A DNA stretch of 64,000 nucleotides, from positions 192,572,001-192,636,000 of the forward strand of contig OZ024741.1 in assembly GCA_964016885.1 (NCBI GenBank), in the 5' to 3' direction. Position 1 is the stretch's first letter. Each line of letters starts with the position of its first letter. Below are positions 42,478 to 57,119 of this stretch, piece after piece. This stretch comes from Eledone cirrhosa. Taxonomy: Eukaryota. Below the pieces are notes generated by a model, which was not told where the DNA came from, searched no databases, and saw nothing but the letters and a program-made list of their open reading frames with translations. The position numbers and the translations under genes are program-made.

Positions 42478-43397
42478 CTAGCAGTAAAGCCCGGCGTTGC
42501 TCGGGGTCGCTCAGTAGCTGTGTTAAAGTTACAATGTTAAGTTTCTTTCTTGGCTTAAAAACTGTAGTGTCTACTGTGCAGACTTGCATGTGGTGTTTTT
42601 GATTAATATTCCCTCAACCAACAATATGCCTTATGAAGTTAAGAAAACATAACGATAACCCGAATGTTATAACAAAAGAGGATGCTGGGGATAGAAACTG
42701 CACTGGTTATTTATTAACAAAGATCGAAAATGTAAACACTGCAACGCAGAGAAAAACATTAGCGTAACCAAATTATCAGTTATGTCTGTCTGCACGCCTA
42801 TATCACCTCTCTGCACGACTATCTGTCTGCACGCCTATATCACCTCTCTGCACGACTATCTGTCTGCACGCCTATATCACTTCTCTGCACGACTGTCTGT
42901 CTGCACGCGTATATCACCTCTCTGTACGACTGTCTGTCTGCACGACTGTCTGTCTGCACGCCTAACGACGAAATATTTGCTTGTTTTACGTAGTCTTTAA
43001 ATAGACTTGTTTTCAAGTAAAAATATTGTTTTAAAATGCTTTTAAATGGAAATGAAGCAAAACGGAAGCTTAGTGTTCGAACTGATGAATTTTGCAGGTC
43101 ATTATTTTGCTATATCATTTTAAACGCTGGGAAAGCCAGCGTAATTTTTTACGTAAGACGCTCAATGTAAACAGAACAAAGGGAAATAACTGATAACTTA
43201 CGCTCAAAAATCGATACATTATATTCGATTTCGTCACATAGGGTGGGTCAATTTGAAATTATTTTTTTTCCAATGTCTTCGCTAGGGCTCAATGTACAAG
43301 TATAGCAATTTCGGTGCAATTCCGTGAGAGATTCTAAGAGGAGATGTGTGCCAAAAATCGTTAGACAGACAGACAACCACAGTTTTATATATATAGA
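42478..43397 (-). mobile_element. Non-autonomous Helitron, second copy
   Basis: Reverse complement of 21313-22296, with TC...CTAG termini and an A|T target. Confidence 0.88.
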
Positions 43398-44257
43398 TTA
43401 GCTGGTCGAAATTATCGGGAGCAAAGGGCTACATAAATTGAATGTCCCACTGCAGACTTTGCAATAGGGAGCTATTCCATATTTTAAAGTATGACAAAAT
43501 GCTGCTTAACAGTAAAATACAACGATCAATTTTCTGTAGGCACAAAGCGGCTACTAAATTCGCAAATTTCAAACCAACGTGATTCGATCCAACAATCCTT
43601 TAATTCAAGCTGAACCACCCAGAGTCTATTACCAACCCACTATAATTAACTGTCAACAGACCAACTAATCACTAAATCAACATCATAAACCTCCTAACCT
43701 TTCTTTCACTTTCTTTCACTGTCTCTCCCTAAAGCTATTTCACCTCTTCCCTTGTATCCTATCCTGTATCTCTTAACCTCTAACCTAACTTCTAATTGAT
43801 TAATTTATCTTTTATATGTTATTTATCATTATATTCTTTCTTCCTACTCTAACCATCTGTGATTTAACCAATACATATGTATATATTTAATATTTATTTT
43901 CATATTAATAATTGTTTCTACTTTAGGCGCAAGGCCAGCAATTACCCAGTGCATTACTGGTACTTTATTTTATCGACCCCGTAAGGATATCACATCTTTA
44001 TACTTACACACCCTCATCACATCTTTATACTTACACACCACTATAACTTTAACCACCACCACCACCACTACCACTATTTTCAACAATCATATTATGTTCA
44101 TATATTTTTTTCACGTATATATTTTTTTACTTATTTTTTATCATCTTCATTCTAACTTCTTTATTATTATTTTTTCTTTTTCTTTTTCTTTCTTTATTAT
44201 TGATGTTGTTATTTGAATTCTCTGTAGTATAAATACAAACATCGAGTGTAATTTTGT

Positions 44258-44370
44258 CAGTTATTCCGATGATTTAATTAGGCATACACTGTATTTAAGG
44301 TTGAGTGACACAACTCTGAGTGATTAGCAACTTTTAGACATCCTAATCAATGAAACAATTGTTAATACTG
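44258..44370 (+). ncRNA. Hammerhead motif with extended (~79 nt) stem II; core CCGAUGA
   Basis: cagttatt-CCGATGA-tttaattagg...tcctaatcaat-GAAA-caattg-TT-aatactg. Confidence 0.6.
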
Positions 44371-44582
44371 TAAATAAAACCCTTTTTGTACTGTTGACCA
44401 TGTTATTCTTCACTCTTTCACTATTATTACTCCAATATTAACCTGCATAGGAATTCGCGTGAACTCGCCACCTAACTATGGAAACCCCTTGTTGAGTCAA
44501 ACAACGCCGTACGTTAAAACTATCCACAATAAAGAGTACTCACAACCTCTAGCTGGATTACCTATAACGATAATTTGTTGTC

Positions 44583-44649
<67 letters not shown>

Positions 44650-45559
44650 TAGCGAGAATCGCATTTCGGCGGGTAGAAATTAGCGAAACGCAACTTCCGT
44701 TTTGTGTAGACAAGCGCTCCATGGATATGAAGATACCAGAGCTATAAACATAAGTTAAAAAGGTCATACAAACTGAGACGATGGTTAAGAAGCCATTAAC
44801 AACCAGAGCCCAAAAAGCGAACAAGCTAAACGGGTCAAACAAAATAAGATATGATTGAAATATATATATATATGAATAGATGGAATGAACTGATGCTGAA
44901 TATGAATATTAACAGTAAGGTTGTAGAAAAATACTCGAGGGGGCGTTCTGCTTACTAAATAGAAATGTTAAACAATATCCTAAAAATAAAACAAGGTTTA
45001 AGTCCATCTCCATAGAACAATAACACGTATATTATCAAGAGTTTTAACGATATAATAAAAATGTAGTTGCATATCCCCCCCAATTTGAAATCGTTTGGTT
45101 ATATCTGATCATTACAAATACTTTCTACGACATATCAAGAGTTTTAGAAAAGCTTTTTCAAAGTCATAAAGTATGCTAGAAAATCTCTTTTCTTTAATGA
45201 TTCCACATAGGTAAAATAGGAAAGCGAACTGTTCTTTGACATTCACATGAATAGTTATGATGTGACGGAATGATATGACGTAGTAATCATGTCCATTCTA
45301 GATAGACTTCGAAAACAAAGTAAGTCTTTTAAACTGGATTTGAACGGCTATTATCTAGACAGACAGAAAAGATTTTATAGAGACTTTTACATCGTTTAAT
45401 TTGAAGATTTAGCCTAATATTACCGTGAGTAAAATCAAAGTTAGCCAATCAAACTGGTAAATATCCTCATCACACAAAAACCTAATGAAAATTTGCATTA
45501 TATTAACATACCTTATTCTAACTACCCCCACTTAGTTAACAAAAATTTAGTCAATAACA

Positions 45560-46270
45560 TTACCCTCATGAGTTTTGGAAAAAAACATATTTTATCATAA
45601 TGATAAAAAAGCAAAAATAGGTTTATCTGACCCGCCGTTTAAATGTTTCATCCAATATAGCCACGCACTTCCTTCATGTTATGCGCAAACATTTCCCGCA
45701 CAACGATTCTTATCAGAAACTCTTCAATAAAAATAATATCAAAGTCAGTTATAATTGCACTCAAAATATGACTACTACTTTATCAGAATCAACAATATAA
45801 ATTCTGATATAGACAGGCTCTAAAGTCTTGACCTCAGTGCAACTATAATAATTGTTTCTACTTTTGGCACAAGGCCAGCAATTAACCAGTACATTACTGG
45901 TACTTTATTTTATCGACCCCGTAAGGATGAAAGGCAAAGTGAACCTCGGCGGGATTTGAACTCAGACCGTAAAGGGACGTAACTATGCTGGAAAGCATGG
46001 CATCCGACTCTCTACCGATACATATTGTCCCCTTGTATAATTCTGATAGCGTCTCATAAAAGGCGCGTGTATATTGTCCAAAGATTCCGTTATAGATAGT
46101 GCCTAAGCTTTGTTGGTCTTGCTGAAAACATATTTATCATTAGATGTAGTGAACACATACATTCCTTCAAATATATTGTGAAACGAAATACAAATACATT
46201 ATCACATCATGATTAGAATTTGAGAGACATAGATACAATTTCAGGATCAATTTGTCAAGTAGTATATTAA
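45560..46270 (+). pseudogene. Decayed Naiad-like PLE fragment interrupted by SINE A (45848-46020, -)
   Basis: KHFPHNDSYQKLFNKNNIKVSYNCTQNM; CN|SINE|CPL; VGLAENIF..R..EH..SFK. Confidence 0.65.
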
Positions 46271-47118
46271 TGGCTTTTGTTTGTATTAATTAAATAATTG
46301 TTTCTACTTTTGGCACAAGGCCAGCAATTACCCAGAGCTTTAATGGTACTTTATTTTAATGATCAGTATCAGTAAAAGTACGTTATTCCAGTTTCTACTA
46401 CATTTTCTGCTTTCGCGTTTTTTTTTATGCTTGCTTTTCATACATATATTTCGTTATTTATCATTATTTATTACGAATTTTTCTATCTTTATAATTCTTT
46501 AATCTTTATATTCGCCTTGTTCCTTGCATTTTCATTAATGTCTTCGTGTAAACGCATAAATAGTTATTTGTCTCTGCGTCCGCTTTTACATATACGAGTA
46601 TACAAACGTCGACTGTTCAATTTTATTCTCATGTCAATGCATTTGAAATGTTTTTAAAGCGTTTAATTTCGTAACTACAGATTCCCCTTGTCATGGCGTC
46701 TTCTGTACATTGCAACGGTTATATTTTTCTTCAAATTTTAGCTATATAGATTCATCGTGGGACCATCGTAACACCCAAATCACTAGCTGAAACGATGTAT
46801 TCAGTACATGTTAGGATCTAGAGACTGTATATATGTATTTTGTTCATTTAAGTATTTGCACTACAAATGAACTCGTCAGTTTCTTTGCAATTACGGACAT
46901 CATATTCACTCACCTGACCAATAAGGTTCCGAAATTGAACCGAAATGGATGAGTTCACTTGTCATATAACTGCTCAAATGCACGCACGGGAGCACAGGCA
47001 CACACTCACTCACACACACACAGACAGACAGACACACACACACACACACATACACACACACACACACACACATACACACACACACACATATACATATATA
47101 TATATACAGTCTTAGTTG

Positions 47119-47163
<45 letters not shown>

Positions 47164-47734
47164 CAGTCTTAGTTCACACACACACAAACACACAAACACA
47201 CAAACACACACACACACAAACACACAAACACACAAACACATAAACACACGCACATACAAACACACACACACAAACACACACACACACAAACACACAAACA
47301 CACACACAAACACACAAACACACAAACACAAACACACACATACAAACACACACAAACAAACACACACACAAACACACACAAACACACGCACACACACACA
47401 CACAGAACTTAAGCAAACGTAATCCATAAACATACATTCAACCTCACTCACCTGACCCATACCTTTCAAGGTAAACAAAAAAAATCAAGCATGTCACTCA
47501 AAACCATATCCCAATACTCCCGGCAGAAGAGCTACAAACCTGCCTCAATTAATGGTATGTGAATGACAGACGTCATCAGGCAGCAGGCTCAACCGACCAA
47601 ACCTGGTATCACCCATTAACCTAATCCAAATCCTATCCCGCTCAACAAACCGATAAACTTGATAAAATTAACCGAGGGAAGCTACAAGTCTAGCAAATAA
47701 ATGCCCAATTAAAACTGAATCTAAAATTACATTT

Positions 47735-47921
47735 AATAATTGTTTCTACTTTTGGCACAAGGCCAGCAATTAGCCAGTGTATTACTGGTACTTTATTTTA
47801 TCGACACCGTAAAGATGAAAGGTAAAGTTAATCTCGGCAGGATTTGAACTGAGAATGGCAAGGTCCGTAACTCTATGCGTCAAAGCATGGTGTCCGACTC
47901 TCTACCGAAACTGCCAATCCA
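47735..47921 (-). mobile_element. tRNA-derived SINE family A
   Basis: Full-length reverse copy. Confidence 0.82.
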
Positions 47922-48148
47922 CATGATGATGATAGTGGTAATAATAACAACAAAAACAAAATAACATCAGCAATAAGAAAAGGGACGACATAGGCAGCAA
48001 AAGCTGGAAAGCATGGCGTCCGACCCTCCACCGATACTGCCAATCCACTTTGTGTGTGTGGGTATATATATATATATATATTTTTTAGAAAGTGAGGTTT
48101 TCTTTTTACAAAATGAAAAATAACCGAGGTGTCCTACACGAGTGAAAG

Positions 48149-48879
48149 TATAAAGAAAAAGAGATGAAATCGAAAATGCAACTGGAGTCTTATTTTTTTT
48201 AAAAATATATATATTTATTTGGTTCCTTTACCGGTTTCGCAGTTCTTCTGCTTTTCAAAAGGTGAGTTGAGATGGAGGGTCTGTGGTTTTTCTCACATCT
48301 GGTTGGTCTCTGAATGTTACTTGTTTTATATGGAAAAAGTGGCTCGAAATGCCAGGTTTTTCGAGAAGTAATTTGATTGGTTTGTCAATAATTATAATAA
48401 ATTTCGCGCCAGTTCGCGTTACAATAGTTCTTCAAATAAGAGGGGGGGGGGACGTTGTCACAGGTTGTTTTTTCATATATGAGTGTTTGAATTTCTTTTT
48501 ACTTGAAAAAAGGAGGCTCACGAAGGCTTTTTTCAAGTAAAAAGAAATTCAAACACTCATATATGAAAAAACAACCTGTGAAACCCCCCCCCCTCTTATT
48601 TGAAGAACTATTGTAACGCGAACTGGCGCGAAATTTATTATAATTATTGACAAACCAATCAAATTACTTCTCGAAAAACCTGGCATTTCGAGCCACTTTT
48701 TCCATATAAAACAAGTAACATTCAGAGACCAACCAGATGTGAGAAAAACCACAGACCCTCCATCTCAACTCACCTTTTGAAAAGCAGAAGAACTGCGAAA
48801 CCGGTAAAGGAACCAAATAAATATATATATTTAAAAAAAAAATAAGACTCCAGTTGCATTTTCGATTTCATCTCTTTTT

Positions 48880-48886
<7 letters not shown>
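48149..48886. mobile_element. ~740-bp fold-back (arms ~360 bp, 14-nt spacer), probable PLE pLTR pair
   Basis: The same peptide appears at 48283 (+) and 48752 (-). HHR-like motif in each arm; abuts (TA)n. Confidence 0.85.
48773..48810 (+). ncRNA. Hammerhead motif with U3-A8 variant core (mirror copy 48225-48262, -)
   Basis: cctt-TTGAAAA-gcag aagaa ctgc-GAAA-ccgg-TA-aagg. Confidence 0.68.
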
Positions 48887-48945
<59 letters not shown>

Positions 48946-49623
48946 ATATATATATATCTCAGAAAGATATATATATATATATATATATATGTTTTTGAGA
49001 TATATATATATATGTTTTTGATATATATATATATATATATATATATCAAAAACAGAGAACAGCAAACTCCGCCATGGTTAGATAATAAAAGGAAGGCTAA
49101 CTAGAATAAAAAACCTATTACAATCCAAACGAAATTATAGGCTTTAACTGAAAATTATATTATATAACATACAATTAAAAAGGCTAAATACAATTATTGA
49201 AATATACCACCCGAACTATCTCGTGTATAATAATTCCGACCAACGAAGAACCCAACTGGTAAAATAATAGAAACTGCTTTCTGATATCTTCACGTGTTTC
49301 CAAATCGGACGTAGCCGACGCCAAGGGATCCAATTCTGCCAGGTTCTGTCCTTGACAGCAAATCACCTTTCTCCTTAATCAAGAAGTAAGCATATAACAA
49401 CGGTCAAACAACAACCTTAGTTTCAAGATAGACTAAACCAACCGTGACCTGTTGGGTCACGTTCACTTCAAAATATTATTTTAAAATCATGTTCACTTGA
49501 AAATAATTGTTAAATAATTAAAATATACACAGATATGTATATAATGTGAAATGAAACTGGAAGTCCTATATATATATACACGTGTGTGTAAGTATATATA
49601 TAAATGTGTGTACATATATATGT

Positions 49624-49672
<49 letters not shown>

Positions 49673-50592
49673 GGTGTCTGTGATCTATATACACTGGTCA
49701 TAGACACACACATATACACACACACTCACATATACACAACAACACCACCAGCTCTCCCTCTCTTTATTTCTCCTTCTATGTCTTCTCTCCCTCTCTCATC
49801 TCTCTCTCTCTCTCTCTCTCAATCTACTCTCTCACAACCACTATCTCTTTCTCTCTATCCTTCTCTGTATTTATGAAGATACCTAGAAAACCTCATATCT
49901 CGGGGCCCGTGCTCCGATTTACGCGAAACTTGTTGGCGGTTTAGTCGCTGATGATCCGACCATGAGATAGGTTGTACTGGATTACATGTTACCAGTAGCA
50001 CTCGAGAGTGACCTGACACATGTTTCATATATACACGCATACACATTTGGTCGTTCTCCTCTAACTAGCATCCTGAATGCATATCTTTCACCGAGGAGAT
50101 CTAAGAAAGTCGAAACATGTCCATTTCTTTCAAGAAGTTGACATATAAATGAGGTCCTCTGCCACTGTAGTTTTTAAAACTGCTCCAAGAGACTTGGATC
50201 AGCACAGGTTTACGTCTCATTGTCTTAACACATCTAAAGGAAGTTTCGCTCTTGAAATTGCAAGGATTATCTCAGTTGGTTTATATTTTTTCTCACTCGC
50301 CATATTCAAGCTGACACTATATTTATGGATACACTTTGTGCAGAGCGCTCCCACCAGCCATTTTTGCTTCTACACTCTATTGGCCTTTCTTTCTCTTTCT
50401 CTCTCACTCTCTCTCTCCCCCTATTTCCCCCTCTCTATGTATATCTATATTTATATATATATATATGTGTGTGTGTATGTGTGTGTGTGCAGATCCCGAG
50501 TGAAATCGGGATAACCAGTTAATAAGGTACTCAATACGTTAGTAGAGAATGAAACAGTTCTAGACCACTAGAAGCCATTTCTATATTGAATA

Positions 50593-50656
<64 letters not shown>

Positions 50657-50704
50657 GTATGTGTGCATGTATGTGTGCATGTATGTATGTAAGTATGTAG
50701 GTAT

Positions 50705-51893
50705 ATATCTTTCTCTTTCTCTTAATTTCGTGTAGGTATGATAGTGGGTTTATGATAGTGTATTATTGTATCAGTCTTAATTTGCTCCTTCTCACCCATA
50801 AAGATCAAATTGGTGTACCAGTTCTTGGTCAGGCGTTCAACAACAGCCACTCGTGGTTGGGGAACTTTGGCTAACTGTAAACCCTTAATAATCCACCCAT
50901 GAGGTACACTTTCAAAAGCCTTCTGATAGTCTAGCAACACCACAGTCATGTTCCTGCGACTCTTTGCTGTTTTTTTTTGTATCATTTTATTTGTTAGTAG
51001 GTGATTTATGCAGTCCCACACCCCCTTCTTTCCACCAGCTTGCTCGGGTGTTATAATTTTGTTGATAACCATTGGGGTAGTTCCTGTGTGCCTTTGATAG
51101 TTTCTCTAAACAGCCGTAAGTGATCTTGCAGATAGAAGGTGAAATTCTTCAGCCAGTAACCTGTTACGAGGTCTGGGCCTGGTGATTTCCTATTGGGCAT
51201 TCTCTGCAGAGCTGTTTCCATTATTGACCCATCTATGTCATATTGTTTTGTCTGGACAAGCTGGCAGTATTCCTGTTCCAGTTCTTTTAGCCATTTAGTT
51301 TGCTTGCTAAATCCATCAATCGTTTCCCATAAAGATCTCCAGTGGCTCTGAACCTGTTCTTTTGTAGGGGTGTCATTTATAGAGATTGAGCCTTTCCCAT
51401 AAACTGATTTAGTATCTCTGGCAAATAATATATTTAGCACTTGCCGTTTAAGTGCTGTTGACTTATATTTTAGTCTTTCTGCCGCAGCTGTGAGTTGTTT
51501 CAACTGGTGTAGTTTAGAGTTTAGAGTTGTAAATCTTGTATCTCGAAATCGCCTCTCTCGTTGTTTTCTTACGTCTTCCTGATGTTCTGAGAAGTTGCTC
51601 TGTATGTTGCATTTTATAATTGCAGTGATCTGTGCGATACTTCGTTTCAGGGACAACATTTTGTTTTTTAAATTACGCATCCACGCTGGTTCAGGCTTTC
51701 TATTTGTATGTTGGTTGCGTGGTTTTAGTTGTTTATGATAGGATAGCAATGTGATAGCTGAAACATAACAAAATATTAAGCATTTCATATGTCGTTTCCA
51801 CACCTTTGCACCGTGTGACCTTCAGATAATTGTCAGCTATTTCGTTCACTGCATTCAATTCCAATTTAGTGGGATCTTTACCGATTCTGGTGT
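50705..51893 (-). pseudogene. R4/Dong-clade element (same family as 39207-41403), internally deleted
   Basis: RMPNRKSPGPDLVTGYWLK and DYQKAFESVPHGW, then a jump to the 3' end cgaaattaagagaaa; flanked by (TATG)n. Confidence 0.82.
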
Positions 51894-51907
51894 TGTATGT
51901 AAGTATG

Positions 51908-51941
<34 letters not shown>

Positions 51942-52158
51942 TGTATGTATGTATGTATGTATGTATGTATGTATGTATTTATGTATGTATTTATGTATGT
52001 ATGCATGTGTATGTACGGATGTAAATGTGGAGCAACTAAAACAAAATCTAAAACAGAGGACCAAACAGTTATTGAGAAGTTCACAGACTGTGTGACGAAT
52101 GAGCGTCGACAATTAAAAGACAATTGAAAATCAAATAAAAAAACAACGTGTGTGTGCA

Positions 52159-52191
<33 letters not shown>

Positions 52192-52193
<2 letters not shown>

Positions 52194-52295
52194 CCGCCGA
52201 GGTTAACTTTGCCTTTCATCCTTACGGGGTCGATAAAATAAAGTACCAGTAATGTACTGGGTTATTCCTGGCCTTGTGCCTAAAGTAGAAACATT
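52192..52295 (+). mobile_element. 5'-truncated SINE A
   Basis: tcccgccgaggttaactttgcctttcatcc...agtagaaaca. Confidence 0.8.
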
Positions 52296-52329
52296 TATAT
52301 ATATATATATATTATATTATATATATGCG

Positions 52330-52897
<568 letters not shown>

Positions 52898-53175
52898 GCA
52901 CTGCTATGTATATATAACGCGACAGAAGTCTAACATATGTTAAAATTAGTAAAACATCGCAGTCTCGCATGCACTCATTTTCATGCATGTTAATATAAGC
53001 TCCCACACAATTTCAACACGCTCATATACGTACGCATGCATACATTGCCATATGCATGTATGTATGTATATATGTATATATATATATATATGTAGGTATA
53101 TAAATATGCATGTACATTTACATATACATACACAAATGTACGCGCACACACTCTCTCACACACCCATAAGTATTT

Positions 53176-53223
<48 letters not shown>

Positions 53224-54055
53224 ATATATATATATATATATAAATATACATATATACATACACACATATATATACATACACACATATACCTCAAGCGTTA
53301 AAATAATGCATCGTGATTGTATTGTTTCGTATTATTTTTCCTTGTTTACTTTTCAAATATTTATATATATATATTTATATATATATATATATATAATATA
53401 CATAAATATATAAATATATATGAATTGTATCTGTAATTCTAAGGGTCGGCACTGTTTCATTCTTTGTCAGGCTTAATCTCCCTGAGAACTACGTTAAGGG
53501 TATACGTATCAGTAGAATGCTCAGCTACTAGTACGTTATTTTCATGAGCTGGCAGTTCGTTGATTAAATTAACTGAAACACTTATCGTTGAAACCGACGG
53601 CCAGCCAGTATTTATATAGTATATACATCCTACATATATATCATATTTATATATAATTCATTTTTAAAAGTGGGAAAAAGAACGATACAAAATAAAATAA
53701 AATAACGTCCAAAGTGTCTCTTCCACTCTTCTCGACTAATATGCTGGGTCTTATTTTCATCTCTTCTTTTCATTTGCATCACATGGGTTTGTGGTAAATT
53801 GTATTTTATTTTACATTATTTTATTTGTAAACAGTCGGCAAACCAATCGTCTTGTCTTATATCCATTTGTTACTGTCCTGTGTGTATTGGAGTCCGCTAT
53901 GTTAACCTTAATGAACCGAAAACACAAGGACTTCCGGAGGTTGAAAGATGAGATGGGACGGTCCTACGTACCCTCCATTTCTCTGTTGTCTTCACCCACA
54001 TTTTTTTGAATTAATTTTATAAGATTTTAGTCGAGCGGATCATTCTTTCAAATTG

Positions 54056-54097
<42 letters not shown>

Positions 54098-54262
54098 GGG
54101 ATAACAAGTTATCGTTATTATAGGCAATCCACTTAGAGGTAGTCCAGTTAGAGTACTCGGTGGATGGTAATAACGCATGGCTTAGTTTGACTCAACAAGA
54201 CGCTTCCATAGTGATGCAGCGAGTTCGCGGTGATTTCTATGTAGGTTATACTTGAAGTAATA

Positions 54263-54594
54263 ATAATTCAAGAAAGAAGAGTAACATGGTTGGCTGTACA
54301 ATAAGGGCTTTATTCACAGTGCTGACAATTGTTTCTTTGATCTGGTAGGTCTAGAGCTGGCTAATCTCTTGATTTGATGTTGCGTCAATCGATCTCCAAT
54401 ATTTTGTTTATAACCAGTCATTTCATCCGCTCGCTCTGATGAATTGACTGGTTACAAAGTATTGGAGATCGATTGACGCAACATCAAGAGATTAGCGAGC
54501 TCTAGACCTACCAGATCAAAGAAACAATTGTCAGAACTGTGAATAAAGCCCTTATTGTACATTGTACAGCCAACCATGTTACTCTTCTTTCTTG

Positions 54595-54600
<6 letters not shown>
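54263..54600. mobile_element. ~340-bp fold-back element with a long-stem-II HHR (54433-54535, +)
   Basis: Arms ~165 bp, 10-nt spacer; gct-CTGATGA-attgactggt...accagatcaaa-GAAA-caattg-TC-ag(a/c). Confidence 0.8.
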
Positions 54601-54654
<54 letters not shown>

Positions 54655-54752
54655 AGAGAGAGAGAGAGGTAGAACACTGGAAGGTAATATCCGTAGTGGT
54701 AGAGCACTCAGTCCATGGGACGAGTTTGGTAGAAGTAGTAACGCAACATATA

Positions 54753-54793
54753 CCGAGAACAATTGTTTCACCTTATGTGGTTCTTCAGCTCGG
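54753..54793 (-). ncRNA. Canonical minimal type-I hammerhead ribozyme
   Basis: ccgag-CTGAAGA-acc acataa ggt-GAAA-caattg-TT-ctcgg; all stems pair perfectly. Confidence 0.85.
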
Positions 54794-54820
54794 ACTGGTC
54801 ATGACCAGCCCGAGCTGAAG

Positions 54821-54989
<169 letters not shown>

Positions 54990-55257
54990 AATTTTCACAG
55001 TTGAAAATTGCAAACTTGACTGTCACCACATATTATGAACCTGAAGATTGCGAAAGCATGAACGTACTTGTTCAATTAACACTTAGAATTTAATATTCTA
55101 TCATACTATTTCATTATAATATCATTATAAATTTTAAAGGATTGTAAATAAAACGAATAAATCAGACAAAGTTGGAATTCCTCTTATTAATATAATCTTC
55201 TATACACAATCATACACACCCGTGTATATTTACCTATCTATCTATCTATCTATCTAT

Positions 55258-55365
<108 letters not shown>

Positions 55366-55611
55366 GTATACACATTCATATACTAATATATATGTATATA
55401 TATATATATATATATATGAAAACAGGGAGAAAAAGACGATTATTAGGAAGAAAAATATATTTGTTTCCCTTTTTATTTATTTCTCTCTTTTTTCTGGGTT
55501 AGAAAATGATTAAAACGAAATATTTTACTTTGTGTGAAGTGTTGAGGTATTAGTTGATATATTTATTAATTAACAATGGCATTTATTTATCTATTTATAT
55601 ATTTAATAATT

Positions 55612-55655
55612 GTCTATTACCGGTTTCAGCATTTTTATGCATTATCAAAATTGTA
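55612..55655 (-). ncRNA. Second U3-A8 hammerhead-like motif (stem I eroded)
   Basis: caatt-TTGATAA-tgcat aaaa atgct-GAAA-ccgg-TA-atag. Confidence 0.5.
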
Positions 55656-55784
55656 AATGGGGACAATTTTAAAGTTTGGATGTTGGTTGGGTGCACAATT
55701 GGCGATATGTTCACTAAACGCAATATTTCTGTATTCCTGTATTTTGATTTGTGATTTATGGACGGTCATACGTTGTCGGAGGCT

Positions 55785-55822
<38 letters not shown>

Positions 55823-55969
55823 AAATGACAGGAGGCTGGACTGGTGTAAATCCTTGAAAGGTTTATTATACTATACTGCACTGCGTTGAGTACTCTTCAC
55901 AATATTACACCAGGATTGACCATACGGAATGACCAGTTCTATCCAGTGGTGAACCAACAAACCTAAAGA

Positions 55970-56064
<95 letters not shown>

Positions 56065-56202
56065 AAGATGGCTAAAAAGAAAGGAGAGCAGAACAAATAT
56101 AAAACCCATTACAGCTTATTACTGCTTTTACCGAAAACCGGTTATATATAGCAATTAACACCGGAAAGAAATGTTTATTGTAACACACATACAAAGAGAC
56201 AA

Positions 56203-56296
<94 letters not shown>

Positions 56297-56913
56297 ATGA
56301 TTTTCATCGTTCCTGAATGGAAAAAAAAGGAAAGAATATCAAATGAAAAGACTGCAGTTGACTTTTACAAGATTTCAATTCAAAACGTAAAAAGTAAAGT
56401 ATAGAAAGTGTGTGTGTGTGTATGTGTGTGTGTGTGTGTGGTGGTGGTGGTGGTGGTGGGGGGAGGGGGAAACAACAATTTGTTTATGCGTTTAGTGATG
56501 ATGAGTTTATATATATATATGCACGTAGATGTCCTAGTAGTGCGGGAGGGGAGGGGCAACCAGAGTTAAAGAAGGTTCTTAATACATTGGTAGAGTATGG
56601 GCATCTTTATGATATATATATATATATAGAAATGAATTCTACAGGACTTGATATGTACTTCATTATTTCATACGAATGAAGCAGTTCTAGTCCTGTAGAA
56701 GAAATTTCTTTATAACACACTCACACACACACACACACACACACAGACAGACACACTTGCACAAGCACACACATATATATATGTTTATATACATCTGTGT
56801 GTATGTGTGTATGTGTGTATGTGTGTATGTCTTTATATATATGCCGTTTAGATTCTTTCATCTCCAACACACAAAGACGCATGCACGCACGCATATACAC
56901 ACATGATCGGGTG

Positions 56914-56954
<41 letters not shown>

Positions 56955-57119
56955 TTTCTCACTCTGCCCAGGATTAATGAATGGTCAGACTGTAGCAGAC
57001 AGTCAGAATCCAGTTTGGAAGACAGACTGTAAAAGACATACCAGTTGAACGAATGACAAGAAATGACAGCAACGATTGCAACGATAGCAACAATAGAAAC
57101 ATCACAACACCCGACATCA

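Larger units (their letters stand above)
41787..44423 (+). mobile_element. 5'-truncated Naiad/Neptune-like PLE with ~105-bp inverted termini, interrupted by a Helitron and a SINE
   Basis: LIDKHFPK..IFNRKTIKLSYS, CNC...CPL..RCL..NIV, YIGST..LKKRL..H, KIWQLK, CRLC..E and LLN..FCRHK. 41787-41892 is inverted at 44317-44423. Confidence 0.85.

Noticed and set aside
43430-43445. In-frame TGA in the Naiad-like GIY-YIG as possible selenocysteine
   Set aside because: It is not at a conserved Cys position (the CRLC cysteines are normal TGC), the copy is frameshifted, and I could not fold a SECIS by eye.
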